From assembly GCA_051362555.1 (NCBI GenBank), contig CM120641.1, forward strand, positions 47,684,401-47,748,400: 64,000 bases of DNA, written 5' to 3'. Of this stretch, positions 13,501 through 24,600 are shown piece after piece (the stretch's first letter is position 1; each line of letters starts with the position of its first letter). The notes under the pieces were generated by a model, which saw nothing but the letters and a program-made list of their open reading frames with translations, was not told the DNA's origin and did no database searches. This DNA is from Lingula anatina. Lineage: Eukaryota; Animalia; Brachiopoda. A program made the position numbers and the translations under genes.

Positions 13501-15679
13501 GGCGAGAAAGTGAATAAACCTACCAGGAATAACTTCAAAAATCAATGATTCAATATATATGATTCAGATAACTGTTTTTGTCCTACCTTGTTTGACATGT
13601 TTCTGTAGCTGTTTTAATGTTTTATTAAACTTGGGGAACTTTCCTGGTTTCTCTGGTGCATCTGATGGAGGATTGTTGAGTAGCTAAACACAGTGAAGAG
13701 AAAACTAAGTGTCAGATCACACAAACTATTACTTATGATGCTGAAGAGCATGATTAAATGCTCCAATAAAAAAGACTGTAAATGACTTCTTAGTAAAGTA
13801 ATACATCTAAGTATGTATCAATCTTTTCAATGAGGAAGTTCATCAGTTTATTAAAAATTATGTTCTGCATAGCATTTTTGGTGTTTTTACTTTATAAAAT
13901 AAAAGTATAAGGTAGCCTGATTTTCACTTTTGTTGCTTCCTCTAAATGGGAATCTTGAAATGTAAAGAATTTATGAATTAGAATAACCTTGATAGCTTTT
14001 TCTGCACCTTCCTGATGAGCAAACTCCACAAACGCAAATCCTTTATTGTCTTTTGTGCTCTTAAACTTGGGGAGACTCACATACGCCACTTCACCACAAG
14101 GAATAAACACGTTTCTGATCCATTCATGATCAATGCCTTGGGGTAGACATTCCTATGACAAAAAAAAGAAAGAATGCAATAGTATTTATATAAAAGAAAA
14201 GTGTAAACAGTGTGATTTCACATTTGACTTTCATATTTGCTATGTTCAAATGCTAAAAAAGGCTGGAAATAAAAATTACGTTTGAAATTGACGCAAATAA
14301 TAATATTTACAAAATATTTTTCCTTTTAAAATGTCATTTCATGCTGCTTTAAATTGTCTGTGCTTTTAAGCATTAGATATCACACAGACCATTCAGAAAA
14401 GATTTACATGTCAGTTGACAAATATCCCTAATAAATTTATATCATATGAGGGTTCCATCTAAATAATGAACTTTGGATTCTGTGACAAATAACCAACTCT
14501 TTACCAAGTAAAGATTTGGAGAAAAATTTGTAAGTAAAATTTGGAGAATGATTAAATATCTTTCACTATCTTTTGTCAAACAAATAATCCCTAATTTTTG
14601 GCATTTCCTGCAGGCCTTGATGCTCCATCTTACCACATAAACTGTTCTGCTGTCAATATCTGCAGCATCTTGCAGTGGTCGGACTCTTTTCACCTTCAAG
14701 CCATCATCACTAACCTGTTTTTTTTTTCAAACAAGGAAAAAATTCACATAGAAAATGGCATTCATCAGCAATAATTGTTTTATATTTCAATGTGAACAAA
14801 TTATTTATAAATCCTGCCTTAGCTATGGATTCCATTGTATCAATCTTATTATAGGCAAATCAATTTCTTATATCATGTTTTTGCTGTTTATATATCACTA
14901 AAATCTGAATGGCTTTTCCAGGGTGAATTACTCATCACAGAGCTGCTTACCGCTAGTAATGTCGATGAAGACAAACTTTTAGCAATTTCTGATATGTCTG
15001 TGGAAAGTGCCTTCATCTTGTTGAAATTTGTAAAAACTGACAATTCCACATCTGGAAATGAAAAGTTGAAACCATTTTCACACTCACTGATCTAGACAAA
15101 AGAAAAATAATGTGGTATCAGGAACTTAAATAAATCCTGGAATAACATTCTTAGGTGAAAGCTTTGACAAACAATTATGGAATTCTTTTCCTCCAATGAC
15201 AAAATACTTAAAACTCTGAAACACTGAAATCAGATGGTCAAATATGAACTGAATGTATGATAAAAACTGAAAAAGTCTAACTAATATATTTAATACTTAC
15301 ATGAATCTGGTGTATCATCTATGAGTTTCTTCAAGTACCTGTCTTTCAAAAGATTTGAATCACTAAAATAAAACTCCATCTGAAAATAACCACAATGATA
15401 TAAATCGTGTGTAAAGGACATCTAGGAAATTATTTCACATCTGAGATTATATTTCTAGGATTTTATAGACACGCACACTTGCTTAAAAGCTCGGGTTCTG
15501 TAAAGTGCAGACTGGGATTAAAAAATAAAACTTGGATAATATCAGGCAGCAGTATCATAGAAAGGAATGGTGTAATTTCAACAGTTATACACTACCTGTG
15601 ATCTTATCTGTTTGTACAGCTGCTTTTTCCGCCTCCTTACATGCTTGTTCTGGATTGGCTGATCATCCTTGGTCTCCAT
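10510..15679 (-). CDS. LARP7: La-related protein 7; complement(join(10510..10581,10981..11075,11353..11497,11795..11934,12301..12410,12752..13424,13587..13683,13988..14152,14634..14714,14951..15051,15301..15379,15596..15679)), 613 aa
   Basis: All introns are GT-AG with consistent phase. The La motif (QIRSQMEFYFSDSNLLKDRYL...FNKMKALS) and RRM1 (SRTVYVECLP; KGFAFVEF) are present. A basic/Ser-rich linker is followed by RVLSKLDWLALKKEYLSIQK, a C-terminal xRRM (FVPGVLVHV, IAYIDV, EKQYWQKL) and a KHIHFDD* end, all characteristic of LARP7. Confidence 0.93.
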
Positions 15680-16020
15680 CTCAACAAACCTAAATGACAA
15701 CAGTGGGGTATAAAAAGTTACTGTTTGAGCCCTTAATACGCATACCTAGAAGTCTATATCGGTCCATCCAGTCTATCTATTTCTTCCTTTAAAAGGACCC
15801 CTAATTTGGCGATAAAACACAATTAAATCATGCTGGATGCCGAAACTGACATTGAACTTTATTCACATAGCAGGCCGATATATTTTACATTAAAAGCATG
15901 CTAATCAGAACTGGATAGCTACTGAGTTCACCTCTAAGTTGGACTTCAGCAGGAGGTCTATTACAGATTTCTAGTAGATATCAATAAGAGTGCTAAACGC
16001 AGGAATTTCGGGTACTTTTA

Positions 16021-16103
16021 TTGCCTCAGTTTTCGACCTTACAAGCTCACGGCACCCTTACCAGCGGTAAGGGTACCGTGAGTGAGGCCGAAAACTGAGG
16101 CAA
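16021..16103. mobile_element. 83-bp palindromic mini-element with a 9-bp target-site-duplication-like flank (Mutator-like MITE), upstream of the LARP7 first coding exon
   Basis: The outer arms are TTGCCTCAGTTTTCGACCT / AGGCCGAAAACTGAGGCAA and the inner arms are CTCACGGCACCCTTACC / GGTAAGGGTACCGTGAG. The flanks are GTACTTTTA (16012-16020) and GCACTTTTA (16104-16112). Confidence 0.65.
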
Positions 16104-16199
16104 GCACTTTTACACCCCCCACCCCGTAATATATTTGCCTGATTGAAATTAAACTAACTCATCTTATTCTGTAACAGTGGTGTAAAATAAGATCAACAT

Positions 16200-16720
16200 C
16201 AGTACAACATACTAAAAGCTTACTTACACGCCGAATATCTACTTTTTAAAACTATAATAACAAAGAGTTGAGGAACCTGAGGAAACCCGCTTTGAGTGGG
16301 GAGTTAACTTACAACCGATGTTGCACAATCACCTTTTCCACGTTCAGATACTTTACTTATTTGATGATTATGAAATAATCTAGAGGTTACTCAATTGATC
16401 AATTACATTTTTTATTTTATGGTCAGAACCACTGCTCTATTTTCCTCTTGCGGAGTGTTATAACCTAGTCGTGTGGCGTGTCTTGAACATAGTGCCCTCT
16501 TTCGACTTCCTTGTGAAAGTCAAATGCAATGATTTGAGGCTGTGACTGTGTTATTAGTGTGATTATATTATGATGAGATAAAGTCGTTAGTTCTCCGTTT
16601 TACGTGCACTCGACCCTTTGGTCATGATATGAAGTGGATCCAACACGTATTTGAATGTTTCAGATTCATCTTTTGAATTGCTTCGATCAACACCCAACAC
16701 TTTAAAGTTTGACCGGGTAG
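16200..16720. promoter_or_regulatory. Putative shared (bidirectional) promoter region for LARP7 (-) and the PGGHG-like gene (+)
   Basis: The genes are head-to-head. Both start codons are immediately preceded by splice acceptors (LARP7 at 15690; PGGHG-like tttttccag at 18681), which implies upstream non-coding exons. Minus-strand GTAAGT donors occur at ~16227 and ~16312, and CpG is locally elevated. Confidence 0.4.
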
Positions 16721-16736
16721 GTACATATAACTTTTT

Positions 16737-16959
16737 CGGTACTTTTGTAGTATACACCCCCCCTGTAACTTCCTGTAATTTCCACTTTTCAAACAGTTTT
16801 TTTACATTCTCTTGTTCATCTATGTCAAAGCTGTTGAAATAAAACGCTTTTGTAATTACCTGTGGTCTTTTTTCAAGTTTTAAGCACGTTTAATAAAGCC
16901 CATTGAAATACTAGTACAATATGAGAATGGACCATGTTGGGTATACTACAAAAGTACCG
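16737..16959. mobile_element. MITE-like element with 19-bp terminal inverted repeats
   Basis: CGGTACTTTTGTAGTATAC ... GTATACTACAAAAGTACCG, 223 bp, non-coding. No clear TSD. Confidence 0.6.
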
Positions 16960-18688
16960 CTTTACTTAGAAGTTCCCATCAATTAAAATTATCCATCTGT
17001 AGCTTAGTATCACTCGAAGAATTTTAAAGATGCAATGAAACTTAAATCCATAACCTGCGGGGGATGATAATTGAATAATTATTGGAATATTAGTCGATTC
17101 ACACTATTATCTGAAAAATCCGGATTTTTTATATTTAAGTTTCTGGTAAATGAAAAACCTATTCAGTTCCCTGTACATACACAGTATAGAAAATTCCATG
17201 CTGAAAAAATACAGATAGAACAATTTATGATAGATAGTGACTATGCTATTAATTTGAACAATCACAAATGTGCTGCACAGGAAAACTCCATTGCATACAA
17301 AAATACAAACTCCAATTATGTATACTCTAACTTTTCCTGGTCAAAATAAAGATGGGATTGGGTAAAGAAACAGATGTCTTCATTGTAGAAAGTAGAGTAT
17401 TGCAGCAGAATGGCACACATCGGGTGATGGGCATTGGTTCTTGTGCTATGGCCAGATCTTTGCAATCAAATATGGCTAATATTGTGTCAAAATTGGTCTA
17501 AGGACTACACGTGGAAACTGTGATTGGATTAATATTTGTTCCATTATCTGATCATTCTCAAACTTACAAAAATGATTTTTAGACTAAGAATACAGCTACA
17601 GTTTTTTTATGTGAAATGTTCATTTTTAACAAATTGGCATTTTCTAGGTGTGTCTTTCTGTGGGCTTGAAGACCTTTTAAATTTGCTAATCACATTTTCT
17701 GAATATCCATGATACTTATAAGTTACTGTATATGTATATAACATTATTAAAATTTTGTGGTGTAAGTACTAGCTGGTAATCATTATGTAATATTTATCAG
17801 TTGATCGACATGACTATCAGAATGATTGATAAAAGTACTAAATTATGGCATGACCGAAATTCAGTGGTAAAGCATTCTTCATTTAATTCAACAAATATTG
17901 GGTGGCCGCAAAAAGACTGATCTTTTGCATTCTCCATGTATAACACAATAAGCCTATAGTTGGGTAATTTGACCCAGTTACAGAGAATCAACATAATAGG
18001 CTTGAAACCCACCAGGTTAAGGACATTGATAGTATTCATGTGACATTTCATTGGGTCACAACAGGCTGTTTAAGGACAAAGAAAGCCCTAGCAAGTGACC
18101 AAAAGTTCAAAGGTCCCTTGTTCCCCATGAAATCCAGTCACTTTTATCATATGTTTTCCAATGCCCCTGTTCTAATGTTCACTGGTCAAAATCAAGATGG
18201 GATGTAGTAGAGCTACAGCTCTGCTGTTATTGTAAAAATTAGAGCATGGTAGCTGATATTTGTGTGTTGGCCATTGAGATTTGAATTATGCTTAGATCTC
18301 ACAATCACATCATTTTCCATGATAAATGAAGTAATGATAAATTCACATCCGAGGGTCAGAGAACAAAAGTTCTTTTTCCCTACTCTGTAATTTTGATGGA
18401 AAATTGCATAATTTGCATTAATAGCATAATCACTGTCTATTATGAATGATGTAGCTAGGTGGCCATCTTAGATTTTCTCAAATTGCCCAAGGATCTATAC
18501 ATAATCTTACGGGTTTATGTCAGGCGCAATGAGGATGTGAGAAAATCATTTAAAAGTTAACTTTATTTCATAATGACTGTATATAAGATTTTTGGGGAAA
18601 AAACAGAGGTTGAATATTAAAAATGTGAACTGTCTTCTTAATATTGATGTATTAGTATTTTATTATTATTTCTTTTTCCAGCACAGCC

Positions 18689-21600
18689 ATGTTGGTCTAC
18701 ATGATAAACAAGCGAAGACTGAGAATCCTGCTGCTTGTAATACCTACAGTTCTGGCATATTTCTTATATATCACAGTGTTTACAGCATCAGATGATTTCA
18801 ATGCAACACACAAGCCACATGTTGAGAAAAGCTGGGATGAAAAAATTAAAAGTCACCACCTTCATGGACTAGACCTTCACGGTGGTCCTCTCCATAACCA
18901 TGCTGATGCAATAGCATCTGAAACTGGGAAAGGAAAAGAACAGAGTAAAAAAGGACAGATGGTAGAAAAAGAGGGAGGAAGGGACAGTAAGAAAGAGAAC
19001 TATTCCAGTGGAAAAAAAGGTGCTCTGAATTTAAATGGTAGAGGTTTTGATGTTCTTCAAAGAACTGATGAGGTAGAGGATGAAAGAGAATCAAGAAATG
19101 GAGTTGTGAAGGAGAAGGCTGACCTGAAGTATCAGAAGAAGGAAGAAGAAATAGCTGATGAGATAAGTAAACACGAAAATGAGATGGAACATGTGCAGAT
19201 GGAACAGTTGGAAGGAAAAGGACATGTACAGAAGCCCAGTAGCAAACTGTTACTAACGACCCATGAGTCATTACTTCCTAAGGGTATACAATACAAAGGT
19301 GGACTACCTTCTCTTCAATATGCACCACACAAAGACTTGCAGCAGCAACCAGTTGAAAAACAAATACAACAAAACAATTTTAGAAGCCATAGCGAAACTA
19401 CTAAGGCCACTATGCAGCAACAGAATCCCTTTGAAGGACAGCCTGATATTACTGCAGCTAGCCACACACATTTAAATATGAGTATTCTTAAGCCAGATAG
19501 TATGAATAAGAATATCATTCTCAATGCAACTATAAAAAATGACACTTCACCAAAAGATAAAACAGATGAAAACTCAGTTATTCAGCATCATGTATCAGAT
19601 GCACCACGCAATGGACAAATAGATCAACGTATTTCTGAAACACAAAAGTCAGACTCACAGCAGCAAAAATTGGTTTTACAGTCAGGCTTCCAGCAACAAC
19701 CAGTGCCACAACTGGGTAGTCATCAGTTGCCATCAACTTCACAGTTAATGGGGTCAGTACAGCAGAACAATAGAAATCAGGCCAGTGATCAGCAAGCAGC
19801 AATGAAAGGACAAAATCAGGAAGGAAAAGGGACAGGACATGCATACATGCAACAACCAAACATAAAGAAAGAGCCAGCACAGCTGTCAGTGAACCAACCA
19901 GGACAACAACCAAATGTTCAAGGACAAGCAGGTCAACAGTTCGTAAACCAACCAGGACAACAACAAAATGTGCAACTTCAAGAAGGACAACAGCTAGCAA
20001 ACCAACCAGGACAACAACCAAATGTACAACTTCAAGAAGGACAACCAGTAGTGAACCAACCAGGACAACAACCAAATGTGCAACTTCAAGAAGGACAACA
20101 GCTAGTGAACCAACCAGGACAACAACCAAATGTGCAACTTCAAGAAGGACAACAGCTAGTGAACCAACCAGGACAACAACCAAATGTTCCAGGACAAGCA
20201 GGTCAACAGTTCGTTAACCAACCAGGACAACAACCAAATGTGCAACTTCAAGAAGGACAACAGCTAGTGAACCAACCAGGACAACAACCAAATGTGCAAC
20301 TTCAAGAAGGACAACAGCTAGTAAACCAACCAGGACAACAACCAAATGTGCAACTTCAAGAAGGACAACAGCTAGCAAACCAACCAGGACAACCAAATGT
20401 TCAAGAACAAGCAGGTCAACAGTTCGTTAACCAACCAGAGCAACAACCAAATGTCCAAGGGCAAAAAGGACAACAGCTAGCAAACCAACCAGGACAACAA
20501 CCAAATGTGCAACTTCAAGAAGGACAACAGTTAGTAAACCAACCAGGACAACAACCAAATGTGCAACTTCAAGAAGGACAGCAATCCGTTCACCAGCCAG
20601 CTCAGAAAGCAGCAAGTCAGCAGCAGCAACTAGAAGTGTCGCAAGGACAAAGAAGACAGAAATTTAGCCAACAGTTTGGACAGCAGATGCCACAGACTGG
20701 CGGCCTGGGTGGAGCACCAAAATCAGCCACAAATGCTGAACAAGTACTTATCATAGCAGATAGTCAGTATCCACTCCCAGACCTGCCAGCTGCCCCAAGC
20801 ACTATTCCTAATTGGGTTCCAGTTGAAAACTACATATTTACAGCTACACAGAAAGAGTAAGTGTGTTAATCATATTGGGATAATAAAATGCTGGTTATGA
20901 TTGTGAATTTTATGCATTTATCATGTTTCTTACTTTAAGTTTGGAAATATAAAATTACAGGTACTGAGCTTATGAAATAACTTTTATTCTTTTTTTGAAA
21001 CTTTTATTCATGCATATATTTATTGCATGACCAAAAATTCATCAAAAATTGATATAAACCGTATTATTTTCAGAATGCCTATAAACTCACGTTACCTTCC
21101 CACCATTGGCAATGGTCATGTGGGCACAGTGGTGTACAGTGACGCCATCTACATGAATGGGTTATACAATGGCCGCCTGACGTCAAGTCACAGGGCAAGG
21201 ATTCCCTCCTCGTGTGCAGTGAACATCACTGCTGTGGAGCCATCACAGGGTCCGCTGGTCAGATTATATGCACTGAATGTGGCAGAAGGTATTTGAAGAT
21301 ATTTTGAAAGAAAAAAAAACCGAGAGATATTTTGAAAGAAAATAAAACTTACTATTACTTCACTTACTTTTTTTTGTTTGGCATAATTGAAGGCAGATGT
21401 TCCGGAATTTAACCCTGAAAAATATTTTCACAAAAATTTGTTTATTATAAGTTGTAAAAAGAATAATATTATATAATTACATGCCAGAATTAATTCTCAT
21501 GAATAAACTCACACATGTAAGTTTCTCATATGATATAACCCTCAGCAGGATGTGTTACTGTTCAGTTGAACTGAATTCCAGGTGTTTTCACCCAAGTTAT

Positions 21601-24600
21601 CCGAGGCCAGGGCTACAACATCACCCAGAATATGTATGCTCACAGGGCTGTCCCCCAGCTACTGGTGGTAGAGGTGGAGGTCCAGAGAGACGGCACCACA
21701 GGGCCAAACAAAATCTCCCTTAATCTAAACTCTGGGACCAGCAGCACTGATATTAGCTATAAAGATGGGGATTCTGGATTAGCTGGTGTGAAGTAAGTGT
21801 TGAATCAAGTTCACGTCAGAATTTATTTATTCTGGAAATAGACCTGACACACACCAACCATGTGACTAGATAGAGGAGGATTCGGCATCACATCTTAAAA
21901 TTTTACAGAACCACAGAATCTCGATAGTCAATCACCTTTTGTGAATGTCAGAGTCTGATAACCACACACACAGGATGATTTGAAAATGAAGAAGCTGGCA
22001 CCCAAATCTCTTAATTGCATCTGTTTAATACAGTATAAAATGATTTTGCCTATGGGACTGAATTTCTCTAGTAAATTGACAGTTAATCTAACTTTTACGC
22101 TTATCAAAGCCTTTCTTTTCTCCCCACCAGATACATCTATGGCCAGATTAAGGAGACAGAGCTTGCTGGCATGACACCCACTGAGTCCCATGTGTTCTAC
22201 ACAGAGGTTCCTCGTGAACTGGTGGTTCCCCCTATGGTCAAGAAGATGAAGTGGGTGTCCATCACTTCTGCCAGCTACAGCAAAAAAGATGCAGAAGACG
22301 GGTTTCAGCTGGGTGAGTGTAAAAATTATAGAAATTCAGTTTGAAAAAGTGTCCTGGTTTGATGTTTGCAAATTTTGAAGTTTTACATCCGGTTCAGTTT
22401 TCAATTCAAATTTTTGAGGGAAAATGGTTTTGGTAAAAAGGTTAATTTGATATGTTCTCATGAAACTAGGGCTCCATATCATCAAATTCACCCAATTAAT
22501 CATACAATTATTCTCAATTCCTTCAAAAATAACATGAACTCTCTGCCATGTCACCAGGTATGGCTCTGGCCAAGAAAAACCAGCTGTACAGCAACCATGT
22601 GACAGCGTGGAATGAGGTGTGGAAGAAAGGAAGGATAGATGTCTCAGACAACAAAGGTCTGGCCAGGTCTGTCTATGGCTGCCTCTACTACATCCTCAGC
22701 TCCTTGCCTCTGAAGGAAGACACTAACTGGCCTTTTATAGGACTGAGTCCGGGAGATCTGGCACACGGCGCGTATAAGAAGGTAAGATATTTTGAAGTAT
22801 GATTTTGTTATAGCTTATTCTTGAAATGGCAGAAAGTCAGTTGTGAGAGGTGATAGGCCCTCAAAGACAAATGGATTAAATTAAAGCACTTTGCACTTGT
22901 TAGAACCTGTATGATGGTACGTCAGAATATATGTACCGAAATTGAGGCCATCTTCTGGGTCTTTCAAAAGATGGTCAGATTTTCAAGTTTACATTGATGG
23001 GTATCTAATTTTTTCTGTTGGAAGGTGGTCAAAAATGGAGTATGATTCAACAAAGATTATTTGGAAGACTGTCTGAAAACATCTCTGGATGATGCTTTCT
23101 GAATTATTTTATCTGAGCATTTGAGGCTGTTTTCTTGTAAATCGGTGATTTAAAATTATGAAGGTTTTTAACATCAGTCAAGTTTCAGTTTGCTGCAGGT
23201 TTTATAGACAGTATTTCCTTTCTTTTTTTATAATAACAGAATATTAGATATTGTCAATACTCAACAGGGGATCATTGAGGTTTGATAACTTTGAGATAAG
23301 GGTATCAGATATCAGGCCCGTAGCCAGCAATTTCAAAAGGGGGGGTTTTTTTCTGAAAAAGTGGAATTTTTCCCATAAAAACTTGATGTACCTTGACCAA
23401 ATTGTAATCAGAGTGGACCTTTTCCCAGCAAAAGTGGCAGTTCTTTCGAACCCCCCCCCCCCCCCCCCCCCCCCGGAACCCCCCCCCCCCCCCCCCTGGC
23501 TACAAGCCTGGATATGATGATTTGTTCGTGGATCTGGTAAACAAAACTTTGGGAATTCATTCTTACTTATCATGCATGTTGATACTAGGTTTGTGTTAAT
23601 AGGATGATCTTTTGAAAATAAATAAATCAGGATCCCCTGACACAAGAAAAGATTATGTACCTAGAATTATTTGGTCATTAAGATATATATTCTGATTTTT
23701 TATTGTCATCAGATTATTTTGTTCAAGTTATCTTAGTATAATGGGCAGTGTGTGGCCAAAGTTTATCATAGTTGATGCTGATTATGGAATTTCATCATTG
23801 ATGGCCAGTTGTAGTAATGGTGTGGTTTAAAATTTGGTTGTGATTACACCATGATTTCATACATATTAACAGGTTTGCCTGGAACAAATTCAACCCTCAT
23901 GTTTATTATTATTATTATATTCTACACTGTGTAGTTCCTTTTCATCAGGGCCTCGTCATCTGTTCAGATTATAGTCAACAAAATATGGTAAATATTACTG
24001 AAACAAACCCTGTCTTTCCTGTCTCATCACCAGGACTATGAGGGTCATGTGTTCTGGGACCAGGAGACCTGGATGTACCCTCCTATACAGATGTTCTTCT
24101 CTGACCTGGCTAAGATCATGTTAAAGACCAGGACTAGGACTCTAGAAGCAGCCAGGCATAACGCCATACAGAAACATCTGAAAGGAGCCAAGTATCCGTG
24201 GGAGAGTGCCTTCACAGGTGAGTGCAGTGACAGAGAAAATGTCTTGTTCTTTTATCAACAGGCACCCAAAGACCCAATTTATGATTACAAGTGACAGAAT
24301 TTTATTAGTTTAGATAAAATTAGTTCTTTTTTTGTTACTGTATTGAAAATATTTATAATGGTTGCACTACTAGCTTGCAAACCAAGCATTTGGATGTCAA
24401 GTTTTTTGCTTCTTATTCTCAATATTATGATGAACACATGGCATGCATTAAGAATTATGGAGCACGGGACTGCTGCTGTTATGGTGTGGAAGAATGAATT
24501 TCATTGTGAACATTATTCCTGTAGGTGCAGAGACCAGCCCCAGCAATGATACAGCCACATATGAGATCCACATTAATGGAGACATCTCCCTCGCTGTCCG

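Noticed and set aside
13712-13846. Possible C/D-box snoRNA in LARP7 intron 5 (minus-strand TGATGA ... CTGA)
   Set aside because: No terminal stem and no recognisable rRNA or snRNA guide; such boxes occur by chance in AT-rich DNA.
18533-18541. GGATGTGAG resembling the 7SK RNA 5' end near LARP7
   Set aside because: Only 9 nt match, and the GAUC-containing 5' stem of 7SK is absent.
19892-20590. Regular repeat array as a possible CRISPR
   Set aside because: It has no unique spacers, lies in frame within an exon in a eukaryotic context, and there are no cas genes.
19578-20615. Minus-strand Val/Leu-rich ORFs (201, 60 and 62 aa) that look like multi-pass membrane proteins
   Set aside because: They are the antisense shadow of the CAA/CCA-rich 54-bp coding repeat on the plus strand.
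21297-21350. Short tandem duplication AGATATTTTGAAAGAAAA in PGGHG-like intron 2
   Set aside because: Ordinary two-copy slippage duplication with no evident consequence.
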